In this document: positions 8,896 to 18,234 of the stretch, piece by piece
Layout of the letters: each line of letters opens with the position of its first letter
Numbering within the stretch: position 1 is the stretch's first letter
From: Candidatus Aenigmatarchaeota archaeon
GTDB taxonomy: Archaea; Aenigmatarchaeota; Aenigmatarchaeia; GW2011-AR5
Assembly: GCA_016187335.1 (NCBI GenBank)
Contig: JACPJW010000001.1
Location: forward strand, 32,001 to 96,000
DNA: 64,000 bases
Reading direction: 5' to 3'
Notes under the pieces: model-generated
Database searches by the model: none
The model's input: only the letters and a program-made list of their open reading frames with translations
Told to the model about the DNA's origin: nothing
Position numbers and translations under genes: made by a program

Positions 8896-10152
8896 CTACC
8901 CGCCCACAATCGCCGGCCCTATGAAGTTGAAAATAAGCAGGAAAACCATGAACATAGTTACTAACTTTACAATGAAAGCGTTGTTCTTTGTCAGGGCGCC
9001 GGTGAGCTCCTCGAAAAGCAGGCCTCCGTCCAGGGGTTTTATGGGAAGCAGGTTCACGATGCCGATGGCCACGCTGAACAGGAACGCCCAGAAGAGGATC
9101 AGGTAGAGCCATAAAGGCCCGGTAAAGCTGCCGGCAGGCACGGGGTTGGCAATCCCGAGCATCGCCTTGCCCTCCTGCTGCGGATGCTCTGCCAGCGTTA
9201 TTGTATAGATTTTTTCTTTGTCGCCCTGGACAACAAACCCTCCGCCGCCGAAAACGCTGCTTAAGCTGGGGCTGAGTTTTGCCGCAGGCGCGAAATCCTT
9301 GTTGCTGAGCGTTTTCACAGAAATGACATCGCCCGGCTTCTTTTCGCCGAGCAGTCCGGCTATGTCCTCGTGCGTTACAATCTTTTTGCCGTCTATTTCA
9401 ACTATATTGCCGCTCATGTTCGCATTGTAAGCAGGCGTATTGTTCAGGACGAAAAATGCGACGCCGTTCTGCGTGAACGCGAAAGACAGCCATGCGCTGA
9501 GCAGCACCAGAATGATAAAGCCTACAACGAAATTTGCAAATGAGCCCGCGGCGTACACCTTCAGCTTTGTGCTTCGCTTCGCCCGCTGCAGCTGCTTCTC
9601 GTCCGGCTCAACAAAAGCGCCCGGCAGGAACAAAAGGAACAGCCAGCCGACGGATTTTATCCTTATCTTATCAAGCCTGCACACGATGCCATGGGCTGTC
9701 TCGTGCGGAAACATGACAACAGCGACGCCGATAACCCATATCCACCACGGGATGATGAACAAACCCGGCAGCGTGACAGGTGTAGAAGCGGGCCCGGGCA
9801 GAAGCAGTCCTACGCCGGGTGTTTTTGTCGCGCCCGTGTATATCCTGAACGCCTGCTCCATAAGCATTAACGAGCCCAGGATCATCGCGGCTGTTGCGAC
9901 AAAAACGCCAAGCAAAGCAAGCCTGTTCCAGAATCTAGGGTGCTTCCTTGCTATGCCGTCAATAACGCCGATGCCTTTTCTTGTCCTGTGTATGATCACA
10001 ATGCCTTCCCTTTTCACGGAGCCGCGCTTCATGTAGATGAACAAGGCTATGCTGATCAGGAAGAGGAAGAATAATAGTATGTCCATTGAAATGAAACCAA
10101 GAAAGTTCGCTCCCAGCAGCGCAGCAACGACAAGCGCAAAAACGTAGAACAT
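8896..10152 (-). CDS. Site-2 protease (M50) with PDZ domain
   Basis: HETAH zinc motif, NLLPIKPLDGG, multiple TM segments. Confidence 0.9.
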   Translation of the reverse strand: MFYVFALVVAALLGANFLGFISMDILLFFLFLISIALFIYMKRGSVKREGIVIIHRTRKGIGVIDGIARKHPRFWNRLALLGVFVATAAMILGSLMLMEQAFRIYTGATKTPGVGLLLPGPASTPVTLPGLFIIPWWIWVIGVAVVMFPHETAHGIVCRLDKIRIKSVGWLFLLFLPGAFVEPDEKQLQRAKRSTKLKVYAAGSFANFVVGFIILVLLSAWLSFAFTQNGVAFFVLNNTPAYNANMSGNIVEIDGKKIVTHEDIAGLLGEKKPGDVISVKTLSNKDFAPAAKLSPSLSSVFGGGGFVVQGDKEKIYTITLAEHPQQEGKAMLGIANPVPAGSFTGPLWLYLILFWAFLFSVAIGIVNLLPIKPLDGGLLFEELTGALTKNNAFIVKLVTMFMVFLLIFNFIGPAIVGG

Positions 10153-10205
10153 GACTTTAACATAGAGGCAGAATGCTAATAAAGATATAAAATAAGTTCG
10201 GTAAA

Positions 10206-11099
10206 TTGATAGCTATGAGCTGGTTTTTGTTCGTGCTTCTTGCCGTCAATTTGTGGTCATTTTCCAATATAATTGACAAGCACGTCGTGAGCAATCACGT
10301 AAAGAATCCCATGATACCTATAAGTGTGCAGGCTCTCGGCATAGCGGTTTATATTGTCTTTATAGCGCTCATATGGGGAATTTCTGTTCCATCACCACTG
10401 TACATAGTACTGTCTCTTTTCAGCGGATTTCTACTGTTTTCCGGAATTGTTCTATACTTCGAGGCTCTGAAGCATGATGAAGTTTCAAGGGTAATGCCTC
10501 TTTTTGCCACTGCCCCGATATTTACGCTGATATTTGCAACATTCTTCCTCGGAGAACTCTTTACGGCAGACAAATATATAGGAATAGCCTTGCTGGTTCT
10601 GGGCTCCGTTATTATCTCATACAGACGCAATCAACAATACAAATTCAGCAAAGGGGTTATTTTCATGCTTGCCTCCTCTCTCATTTTCAGCATTAGCTAC
10701 ATTATAACCAAATATCTTAGCGGTTCAATGGACGTTCTCAATATATTTCTTCTGACGGAACTAGGCCTTGCTTTTTTTGGCGGTATCGTTTTCCTGAAGT
10801 ATAGGTCCGAGATCTCGAGTATTTATAGAAAAAATAGCAAGGTCATCTACTTTATAATTCTGTCTGGAGCGTTCGGTTTCTTTGGCTTCCTGCTATATTT
10901 CAGCGCCATTTCCCAGGGGTCTGTATCTCTTGTAGTCGCTCTGGACAACACCCAATGGGTCTTTGTCCTATTTTATGCAACGCTGATAAGCATCTTCCTG
11001 CCCGGTGTGCTTAAGGAAGATCTGAAAGGCTCTGTTGTGGCTTTAAAATTGCTCGCGATAGCAATCATATTTGCCGGAGCGTATTTGGTATCGGTGTAA
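10206..11099 (+). CDS. EamA/DMT family transporter
   Basis: Ten TM segments in two repeats; EVSRVMPL. Confidence 0.85.
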   Translation: MIAMSWFLFVLLAVNLWSFSNIIDKHVVSNHVKNPMIPISVQALGIAVYIVFIALIWGISVPSPLYIVLSLFSGFLLFSGIVLYFEALKHDEVSRVMPLFATAPIFTLIFATFFLGELFTADKYIGIALLVLGSVIISYRRNQQYKFSKGVIFMLASSLIFSISYIITKYLSGSMDVLNIFLLTELGLAFFGGIVFLKYRSEISSIYRKNSKVIYFIILSGAFGFFGFLLYFSAISQGSVSLVVALDNTQWVFVLFYATLISIFLPGVLKEDLKGSVVALKLLAIAIIFAGAYLVSV

Positions 11100-11102
11100 T
11101 TT

Positions 11103-12710
11103 ATGGCTGTTGAACATTTCACATGGGCTGACAAGATCGCTGGCGAACTGCTGAAAAGAGGCAGGAAGCATATAGTTCACGGCATGTGGACGCCTTCCGG
11201 CTACTTTCACATAGGCAACGCGCGCGGCGAGCTGCTTGTTCCTGCGATGGTGGCGCGCGCGGTGAAGGATGCAGGAGGCTCCGCAAGGCAGAATTTCCTG
11301 GCTGACGACTTCGACGACATGGACAAGGTCCCGGCCGGGATTGCTGTAAACGCAGAGAAATACAATGAGTTTTTAGGAAAGCCGCTGAGAGAATGTCCTT
11401 CGCCCGTGAAAGGCTACGACAACTGGGCTTCCTATTTCACGGAACTCGCGCTGGAAGACATGGAAAAGTTTACAGAGAAGCCGAAGTTCCATTCCGTTTA
11501 CGACGAATACAGGAAAGGGAAATACGACAAGGTGATAAGGATTGTTCTGGATAATGCCGGCAAGGTCCGCGACCTGTGGGAAATAATCGCAGGGACGCAC
11601 AAGCCGGAAAACTGGCTGCCCGTGATGGTTGTGTGCGAAAACTGCGGCAGAAGCGCCACGACAAAAGCGGTGTCATGGGACGGAAAAAAACTGGGCTATG
11701 TTTGCAGCGAGGCCCGCGAATACGCAAAGCCATGCCGTCATGAAGGAGAAATTATACCGCGCAAAGGCAACGTCAAACTGCCTTGGCGCGTCCACTGGCC
11801 TGCCACGTGGTTTGTTTTCGGAACCACGTTTGAATCGGCGGGAAAGGACCACTTCACGAAAGGCGGCTCTGTTGATACGGGCCACGCTTTCATGCGCGAA
11901 GTGTTCGGCAAGGAGCCGCCGTATCAGGTCGGCACGGAATTCATCCAGTTAGCCGGCCAGAAAATCTCCGGGTCGCGCGGCAACGTAATCACGCTTAAGG
12001 ACTGGCTGGAAGTGGCTGAGCCTGAGCTTCTCCGCTTCATGATGATTTCCTACCAGCCTTCGACAGCTATAGATTTCGACATGCATTCCGGAAAATTATT
12101 CCTGCTCGAGCAGAGGCACCACGAATCCGAGGCGGTTTATTACGGCCAGAAGTCGCTGGGCGAGAAAAGGGACAGTCAGCTGAAAAGGGAATACATGCTT
12201 TCGCAGGTAAAGAAGCCCGCAAAACAGATGCCTGTCCAGCTGGATTATTCCCTGCTCACGATGGTCGTCCAGATGTATCCGCACAAGAGCATGGGAAAAA
12301 TCATTGAGCTGCTGCATTCCCTGAAAGCCCTGAAGAAAGACAAACTGGCAAAAGGTGATGAGCAGAGAATTTCTGTCATGATAAATCGCGCGCGGGTCTG
12401 GGTGGAAAAATACGCGCCTGATGACTTGAAATTGAAGCTGAACGAAACAGCCCCGCTGCTCAACCTGACTGAAGACGAGATTGACGCCGTGTTCACTTTG
12501 AGCAAAGAGCTGAGCAAGGACTGGACCGAGCAGGACTTGCAGTCAAGGATTTACGAGATAGCGCGCGAGGAAGACGTGGAGCCGAGGAGGTTCTTCCAGA
12601 TTTTGTATAAAATTCTTCTCAACCGCGAATCCGGCCCGCGCCTTGGTCCGTTCATCATCGTGGTCGGGAAAGAAAAAATCAGGGAAATCCTTGATACCCT
12701 GAAGAAGTAA
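11103..12710 (+). CDS. lysS: Class I lysyl-tRNA synthetase
   Basis: TPSGYFHIGN (HIGH-like), DDFDDMDKVP, KLPWRVHWP, FESAGKDH, KISGSRG, GPRLG. Confidence 0.95.
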   Translation: MAVEHFTWADKIAGELLKRGRKHIVHGMWTPSGYFHIGNARGELLVPAMVARAVKDAGGSARQNFLADDFDDMDKVPAGIAVNAEKYNEFLGKPLRECPSPVKGYDNWASYFTELALEDMEKFTEKPKFHSVYDEYRKGKYDKVIRIVLDNAGKVRDLWEIIAGTHKPENWLPVMVVCENCGRSATTKAVSWDGKKLGYVCSEAREYAKPCRHEGEIIPRKGNVKLPWRVHWPATWFVFGTTFESAGKDHFTKGGSVDTGHAFMREVFGKEPPYQVGTEFIQLAGQKISGSRGNVITLKDWLEVAEPELLRFMMISYQPSTAIDFDMHSGKLFLLEQRHHESEAVYYGQKSLGEKRDSQLKREYMLSQVKKPAKQMPVQLDYSLLTMVVQMYPHKSMGKIIELLHSLKALKKDKLAKGDEQRISVMINRARVWVEKYAPDDLKLKLNETAPLLNLTEDEIDAVFTLSKELSKDWTEQDLQSRIYEIAREEDVEPRRFFQILYKILLNRESGPRLGPFIIVVGKEKIREILDTLKK

Positions 12711-12831
12711 ATTATTCAGCTGATGCAATTCTTTTTATAATTTTTGGTTCTTTCTATAAATAATCTTGGTCCATCTCGCAACGGTTTATTTCTGCTGCAA
12801 AAATTTTGACTTAGCGGGCGCGGTGATCGAT

Positions 12832-12897
12832 ATGAGCAGGGACATTATGGAATTTGATGACGACGACTATCCTGAAGGGTTCGACGACGACGAATAA
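12832..12897 (+). CDS. 21-aa acidic micropeptide (not in ORF track)
   Basis: GGTGA Shine-Dalgarno at 12822..12826, then MSRDIMEFDDDDYPEGFDDDE*. Confidence 0.5.
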   Translation: MSRDIMEFDDDDYPEGFDDDE

Positions 12898-12935
12898 ATA
12901 TCTGCGGGATAAAGCTCTGGCAAAAAGTATACTGG

Positions 12936-13139
12936 ATGGTGGTACGGATGCCTAGGTACGGCAAACTGGCGCAGAAATACGTTAAGAGCGCGTTAAAGCG
13001 CATGAAAAAAGGCACCCTGAAAAGCGGCAGGAGCGGGAAAATTGTAAGGAGCAGGAAGCAGGCAATAGCCATAGGGCTTTCGGAAGCGAGGGAAAAAGGC
13101 GGGAAAGTACCTAGACCGCCAAAAAGGAAAGGGAGATAG
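12936..13139 (+). CDS. DUF6496-like small basic protein
   Basis: KGTLKSGRSGK...SRKQAIAIGLSEAREKGGKVP. Confidence 0.8.
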   Translation: MVVRMPRYGKLAQKYVKSALKRMKKGTLKSGRSGKIVRSRKQAIAIGLSEAREKGGKVPRPPKRKGR

Positions 13140-13174
13140 AGGACTGTTTCTATTGCGAAAAGATATGACCGTAA

Positions 13175-13375
13175 TTACTTCGGCTGGTACTCGGCGTGCT
13201 TGCTCAGTGCTTCCTTCACCGGCACAGGCGGCCTGTCGCCGGCGTAAATGAAATATCCCATTGAGCAGAGAACAGGATAAGCTCTTTCATCAGGTTTTCT
13301 GTCTGAATTCGCTTCGTTCAGCCTGATGTCCGTCTGAAGCATTGTATCATCTTTGATGCAAATCTTAAGAAACAA
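13175..13375 (-). CDS. Small hypothetical protein
   Basis: ORF only; follows 13378..13557 at 2-nt spacing. Confidence 0.4.
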   Translation of the reverse strand: MFLKICIKDDTMLQTDIRLNEANSDRKPDERAYPVLCSMGYFIYAGDRPPVPVKEALSKHAEYQPK

Positions 13376-13377
13376 TC

Positions 13378-13557
13378 TTATGGATCCGAGACCCTCAATG
13401 CAAATGCCTCTAATTCTTTTTGGAACAGCGTATAAGCAGCTCTTTCAAAAATGCGCCTGTGAGTTGCATCGTCGGACTTCGCCGCGGCTCTCGCAAAGAA
13501 ATCCGAAGCCTCGTAAAAAACTGCCGCTCCGTCGTCTTCATCTATACGGCCTTCCAT
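13378..13557 (-). CDS. 59-aa hypothetical protein (not in ORF track)
   Basis: MEGRIDEDDGAAVFYEASDFFARAAAKSDDATHRRIFERAAYTLFQKELEAFALRVSDP*; more protein-like than the + strand ORF 13353..13598. Confidence 0.55.
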   Translation of the reverse strand: MEGRIDEDDGAAVFYEASDFFARAAAKSDDATHRRIFERAAYTLFQKELEAFALRVSDP

Positions 13558-13689
13558 TAATGTACGATATAATTTTCATTTTTATCTTCTCAATATAGCA
13601 TGCGCAGATTTCCGGCGGCACATTTCCTGTTACTGTTTCTATCATTAGAGATGGTAAAATAACAAAGCTTAAATGTGCATCGTAATAGT

Positions 13690-14745
13690 CTATTGAACAA
13701 ATTCGTTTAGTCGTCTTAATGCCCTCGTTTTGTCAACGTTGCCGAGCTTCGCTTCTTCCACCGCGGACTTCAGCATGCTTATCGTATTGTCGTAAGTTTT
13801 TTTGTCAACAGGCATCGGGATTCCGTCCTTCCCGCCGTGGCTGAAGGAAAACTTCGCCGGGTCCTGCCATGACAATTCCGTGCCGTAAACCAGATTCGCC
13901 GTCAAAGCAAGAGCCCGCACTGCAGCAGGCCCCAAGCCGCGTATCGCTATTAATTCCTCATAGTTCGCGGGATTTATTTCCCTCGCCTGGTTGAGCGCTT
14001 TCACAACCTGCTTGCTTAATTCAATGTGATGGTGTTCAGGCATGCTCAGCGTCTTCATTTCCTCTTTTCTTTTCAGCTTCGCATAGTCGCCTTCGTTCAA
14101 TGCATCTACTGACGCAAAGCGCGCGACAGTACTCTGCTTCGCCGTCATGTCAAGAGCATGCGCGGAGCGCGCGTCACAGCATATCGCGGCATGCGGCTCG
14201 TCAACAAAGCTCCTTGCAATCCTTGAAGACCAGTGATACCTGCGCGCGTATTTGTTTTCATCATTCATGCCCTGCTGCACCACCGTCCAGTCGTCTTTTG
14301 AAAAGAAAAACGAATGTTGGTAAAGCGAATAACCGTCCTGGACGCAGGCGTTGTCAACCTTAGCCGAAAGCTTGCTTGCCCTGACAAGCGAGGCGCTGTT
14401 GCTAAAACCGAGCCTGTCGCTCAATTCTATAATCTGCTCCGGAGCTTGCAGTGATTTTTTTCCCTTCCCTCCAGCAACGCCTATTCCTATTTCTTCCAGC
14501 CCGCATTCTTTCAGCGCGCCGCACACGGTTGTTGTGACGCCCGACGAGTGCCAGTCAAACCCGAGGACACAGCCGAATGCCTGGAACCAGTATGGGTCAG
14601 CAAGCCGGCGCAAAAATTCCTCTTCGCTGTATTCATTTACAACAGCTTCTGCTACGGGCCTTGCCAGCTGCTTCATCTTGCTGAAAAGCCAAGGCGGGCA
14701 GTGGCCTGAATGCAGCGGAAGATTTGCTGTCCCAGTGCGGCGCAT
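13690..14745 (-). CDS. DUF763 family protein
   Basis: GTANLPLHSGHCPPWLF, DWHSSGVTTTVCGALK, FSFSHGGKDG. Confidence 0.9.
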   Translation of the reverse strand: MRRTGTANLPLHSGHCPPWLFSKMKQLARPVAEAVVNEYSEEEFLRRLADPYWFQAFGCVLGFDWHSSGVTTTVCGALKECGLEEIGIGVAGGKGKKSLQAPEQIIELSDRLGFSNSASLVRASKLSAKVDNACVQDGYSLYQHSFFFSKDDWTVVQQGMNDENKYARRYHWSSRIARSFVDEPHAAICCDARSAHALDMTAKQSTVARFASVDALNEGDYAKLKRKEEMKTLSMPEHHHIELSKQVVKALNQAREINPANYEELIAIRGLGPAAVRALALTANLVYGTELSWQDPAKFSFSHGGKDGIPMPVDKKTYDNTISMLKSAVEEAKLGNVDKTRALRRLNEFVQ

Positions 14746-14794
14746 GGTTAACTAAGAACAAAAGGGGAATATATTTTTTTCGGTCAGGAAACGG

Positions 14795-15016
14795 CTATTT
14801 CTTCGCCTTCACGAGAAAATAATACAGAATCGCCCCGATGACGTTAAGGAAAAGCAGGACAAGGACCCATATCAGGCGCTCGTTGCCGCCCTTGTTCGGG
14901 AAATTCCTGTCTTTTCTTGTCAGGCAGTCAACAAGCATCCACAGCCAGAAAACTACGGCTAAAACTATCAGGATCATGAATACCGCCATCGCGCCGAACA
15001 TCCAGGCAAAGACCAT
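14795..15016 (-). CDS. PLDc N-terminal-domain small membrane protein
   Basis: FWLWMLVDCL...LIWVLVLLFLNVIGAILYYF. Confidence 0.8.
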   Translation of the reverse strand: MVFAWMFGAMAVFMILIVLAVVFWLWMLVDCLTRKDRNFPNKGGNERLIWVLVLLFLNVIGAILYYFLVKAKK

Positions 15017-15147
15017 TCAAATCTAAACTCATTTGATGCAGCAGGAATATAAAAAGATTCGAACAGGCGAAACTGATAGAAAAAATCAACAAAAAATGTC
15101 ATTATAGATTATTGGTTCCTCAAATGACAGAATTTTTAAAATAGACA

Positions 15148-16551
15148 CTAAATGAATATTGAATATGTCGTCAAAGCTACATTATCATTTCCGTTTTTTG
15201 CCCAAAGTACAACAGTATAGACTCCACTCCCCTTAGAAAGAAGCGGTTGAATATTCGCTGTAATTGCAAAGCTTCCTCCGTTTACGTGCCATCTTGATGC
15301 CTCAACGTATTTGTAATTCATACTTGAAGTGTCATAATAAGAGCCTAGAGGTGGTGGTGCCAAAATATATCCTGCTTCATCTCCAAGACTATAAGCACCT
15401 CTATAAAAATAACTTAGCAAATCGCTCTGAGTAAGCCGCACAGGAGTCAGGTCATAATAGAGTGCAACATTCTGTATTGTTCCTAAAGACGATGTGCCTT
15501 CCATACTAAGAATTCCAGAACTGTAACTTATTGGTTCTGACCACAAAATGTAATCATCCTCGAAATCCTGCACATATGCAAGATGCGTGCTGTCATAAGC
15601 GATTCCTATGTTGACTTTATTATGATTTTTATCAAGAATGTTATCTCTATGTCCCCAATTTGAGTCCGCATCATCATTTACCATTTGATATTCATGAGTT
15701 TCGATACTTTCTTTCGGATCTATTGTTACGGCATTAGGTTCATAATAAAAGAAACCAGAAAACGCAGCATTTTCGGCTATAGACCCTTTGCCTCCTGCCT
15801 TTGTATATCGCATATATGGTTTAGACCCGTCGCTCCCCCAATGAGAAAGAAATCGGTTTTCAATCATATCTTCTGCATGTTGTTGGGCTGCGTTATTATT
15901 GCCTAATGCTACGGGCTTAAGCCCATTTTGTGTTCTATCCTCGTTAATCAATTGTAATGCATAATTGCGCAATTCCTGAAGTGTATACTGCTTTGGTTGT
16001 GCAAACCTTGTTTCTACCGTCGGTCTATAAACTTGTCTACTAAAATTAAGTGTTATTTTGTTAGTGTCGTTAAAAGAAATGTTGGGCAAATAACTCGATA
16101 CTTTGCTCCAATTAGTGTAAATCAGAAACCCAGCTACTATCAGAACGATAATAAAAACCACAGTTCTTGACACTTTTATTTCGTCTTTTTTTGCACGTTC
16201 ATATGGTATCGGAATACCATCTTTGAAAACAACAGACGGCTCTTCGTGATGCTTGATTGGCTTCGACTTTACAAACTTATCTAAGGCCTCTTTATATTGT
16301 TGCAGTTTTCGTTTGTTTTCTTCTTCCCAATGCTCCAAATAAGGTGGACAAGGATGTCCTCCAGGCTTATGCCATTCTTCCATAAAAAGTCTGTCTTTCT
16401 GAGTAGAACCTTCAAATCTAGGAAGGCCAGCCGGCTTTGGCCTGATATGCACATTGCAGAAATACTTTTGGCAATACCGACATTTTTTGAAGAATTTGTT
16501 ACCCATGTCGCATAAATGGTAATTGCATTCTATCCTCCGATTTTTAACCAT
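15148..16551 (-). CDS. CAP/SCP-domain membrane protein with N-terminal Cys/His (AN1-like) finger
   Basis: LINEDRTQNGL...AQQHAEDM...FLSHW...AEN...GHRDNIL...VNIGIA; N-terminal CxxCxxxFCxxH; AT-rich. Confidence 0.85.
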   Translation of the reverse strand: MVKNRRIECNYHLCDMGNKFFKKCRYCQKYFCNVHIRPKPAGLPRFEGSTQKDRLFMEEWHKPGGHPCPPYLEHWEEENKRKLQQYKEALDKFVKSKPIKHHEEPSVVFKDGIPIPYERAKKDEIKVSRTVVFIIVLIVAGFLIYTNWSKVSSYLPNISFNDTNKITLNFSRQVYRPTVETRFAQPKQYTLQELRNYALQLINEDRTQNGLKPVALGNNNAAQQHAEDMIENRFLSHWGSDGSKPYMRYTKAGGKGSIAENAAFSGFFYYEPNAVTIDPKESIETHEYQMVNDDADSNWGHRDNILDKNHNKVNIGIAYDSTHLAYVQDFEDDYILWSEPISYSSGILSMEGTSSLGTIQNVALYYDLTPVRLTQSDLLSYFYRGAYSLGDEAGYILAPPPLGSYYDTSSMNYKYVEASRWHVNGGSFAITANIQPLLSKGSGVYTVVLWAKNGNDNVALTTYSIFI

Positions 16552-16609
16552 CTAGTCACTAAAAAACTTTAGTTTGGTTCTTTAAAAAATCTCCTTTTTT
16601 ATATAATTT

Positions 16610-16843
16610 ATGAAAAAGAACGGACTAAGGAATAGACACAAAATTAAAATAAAGTCAAAAGTTAGAAAAACAAAACCTAAATTTAGCTACGATATTCTTG
16701 TCGATAAGTTCATTTATTCTGATTTTAACAGTAGTGAAATGCCGCTTGAGTTGGAAATTATGAAATTTATGGAAGTGAATAGAATTCCAGAGAAACATTT
16801 TGAGATATTATTTTCAAAGGTAAATAGAAAATTTTATGGATGA
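16610..16843 (+). CDS. Hypothetical protein
   Basis: ORF inside an AT-rich island. Confidence 0.5.
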   Translation: MKKNGLRNRHKIKIKSKVRKTKPKFSYDILVDKFIYSDFNSSEMPLELEIMKFMEVNRIPEKHFEILFSKVNRKFYG

Positions 16844-16891
16844 CAGTTTATTGTAATAAAAAATAGTCTTTATTCCTTTAAAGATAATTAA

Positions 16892-17128
16892 TTACTCATA
16901 CGGTTCTCCGGATGGTGTTACCCAAGTTTTTAGTTTTCCACATCTTCGACATCTTGAATGGTGATCAACAACATGGGAAGCACCGTGAAAAATTGATGTT
17001 GATGGTCCATAATCATGAAGTCCTAATTTACATTTTAAGGATCTTCCAAAATCAATTTTATAATATCCACGTATTAAAGCATAGGGGAAAGTAATAATTC
17101 TAAGTATCCATTTTATTATCCGATTCAT
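16892..17128 (-). CDS. DUF1660-like small Cys/His protein
   Basis: KCKLGLHDY...RCRRCGK pattern. Confidence 0.55.
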   Translation of the reverse strand: MNRIIKWILRIITFPYALIRGYYKIDFGRSLKCKLGLHDYGPSTSIFHGASHVVDHHSRCRRCGKLKTWVTPSGEPYE

Positions 17129-17227
17129 TTGATCATCTTAATATTCTCAGATTTCAAGTGTTTGCACCTACCCTTTTTATATGCGAGGGGCCGGATTCGA
17201 ACCGACGAAGGCACTAAGCCACTAGGT

Positions 17228-17275
17228 ATCTCACATGAGACCAGATGGCTCCATGGCCTGAACATAGCCTCAGGA
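17228..17275 (-). other. BHB intron 2 of tRNA-Leu (canonical 37/38)
   Basis: Central helix CTTA/TGAG, bulges GG|T and AT|A. Confidence 0.85.
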
Positions 17276-17282
17276 CCTAAGC

Positions 17283-17305
17283 TTGGCTTACAGCTGTTAC
17301 CTGAT
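17283..17305 (-). other. BHB intron 1 of tRNA-Leu (position 30/31)
   Basis: Central helix GGCT/AGCC, bulges AG|A and AA|G. Confidence 0.85.
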
Positions 17306-17336
17306 CTAGCCCCTTTGTCCACTCGGGAACCCTCGC

Positions 17337-17960
17337 TTAAGGCTTTTGAATTATTGCAACAATATCCATCGGGAACAATTTAAACGCTTTATGGCTGCTG
17401 TCAAAGACTCTTAGAACTTTAAAGCCGCTTTCTTCCAGAAGCTTTCTTAGCTCCTTTCTTGAGAAGAAGTAATAGTAACGATGATACTCATTATCTCCTA
17501 TTTTCCACCGCACGAAATCCTCCTTCCTTTTGAAATTAAGCCTTGGCTGGTTCTTGTTCCAGACGCTTATTATTGCTGACGATCCGGGCTTCATTACCCT
17601 CCACATTTCCATTACGGATTTCTTTCTTGGTTCTTCTCCCTCAATCTGGTGGATAACATTTGCCGCGACAACAGCGTCGAAAACATTATCCTTGAACGGC
17701 ATCGCATCTGCACGCGCGACGGCAAAAAAGGCTTTTATTTTTTCCTTAGAGGCTTTTTCCTTAGCAAGTTTGATCATTTTCTCTGCAAAATCAAAACCCA
17801 CATATTTTTTCCCTTTGATCATGTGTCTGCCAGATCCACATCCTAAATCAAGAATCAAGCCTTCTGAATTAGAGATGAAATCCACTATATCTTTATGGGG
17901 CTTTGTCCTCAAGCGATGCCATTCCGGAGCAATAGAATTCCATACTTCCCTTTGTTTCAT
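17337..17960 (-). CDS. Class I SAM-dependent methyltransferase (Trm9-like)
   Basis: ILDLGCGSGRH, RVMKPG, ISVW, RYYYFFS. Confidence 0.85.
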   Translation of the reverse strand: MKQREVWNSIAPEWHRLRTKPHKDIVDFISNSEGLILDLGCGSGRHMIKGKKYVGFDFAEKMIKLAKEKASKEKIKAFFAVARADAMPFKDNVFDAVVAANVIHQIEGEEPRKKSVMEMWRVMKPGSSAIISVWNKNQPRLNFKRKEDFVRWKIGDNEYHRYYYFFSRKELRKLLEESGFKVLRVFDSSHKAFKLFPMDIVAIIQKP

Positions 17961-17983
17961 GGTAATAATCAGAAAAAAGCCCT

Positions 17984-17994
17984 TTTAAAATATA
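17984..17994 (+). promoter_or_regulatory. Probable TATA box of tRNA-Glu
   Basis: TTTAAAATATA about 30 nt upstream of the mature 5' end at 18023. Confidence 0.5.
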
Positions 17995-18044
17995 GTTTGT
18001 AATTTGTTACAGTCTTCAAATTGCTCCCGTAGTCTAGCCCGGCA

Positions 18045-18137
18045 AAGGAGAAACTGCGTTTCTCCCTTTACCCTCTTCCTTTCTGAAAAAGAAGGGAATG
18101 AGGTTACAAGGAGAGAACCGTAGGTTCTTCTCCTGTT
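18045..18137 (+). other. BHB intron 1 of tRNA-Glu (D-loop 20a/21), built of repeat modules
   Basis: Central helix CCGG/CCTG (3 of 4 pairs), bulges CA|A and TT|A, inner stem AGGAGAA/TTCTTCT. Confidence 0.75.
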
Positions 18138-18154
18138 AGGATATCGGCCTCTCA

Positions 18155-18234
18155 GCACCCTTTCTTTTGAAAAAGAAAGTGTGCACGGAAAGAAAACTTC
18201 AGAAAAGCGTGAACGGAAAGAATGGGTGGAAGTT
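18155..18234 (+). other. BHB intron 2 of tRNA-Glu (37/38), contains repeat module D
   Basis: Central helix CTCT/GAAG (one C-A mismatch), bulges CA|G and TT|C, inner stem CACCC/GGGTG. Confidence 0.85.

Larger units (their letters stand above)
17182..17336 (-). tRNA. tRNA-Leu(TAG) with two introns (30/31, 23 nt; 37/38, 48 nt); mature 84 nt; no encoded CCA
   Basis: Acceptor GCGAGGG/CCCTCGC-A, T-arm GTCGG-TTCGAAT-CCGGC, type II variable arm; spliced anticodon arm CTAGG-CTTAGGA-CCTAG; both introns have BHB motifs. Confidence 0.9.

Noticed and set aside
13353-13598. Plus-strand ORF of 81 aa
   Set aside because: The minus-strand 59-aa ORF 13378..13557 is more protein-like and co-oriented with its neighbours
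17242-17275. Third, nested intron inside tRNA-Leu intron 2 (CCTG/CAGG)
   Set aside because: Only a bulge-helix-loop at best; the single 48-nt intron already folds adequately
17125-17383. ORFs 17125..17322 and 17129..17383
   Set aside because: They overlap the intron-containing tRNA-Leu; chance open frames
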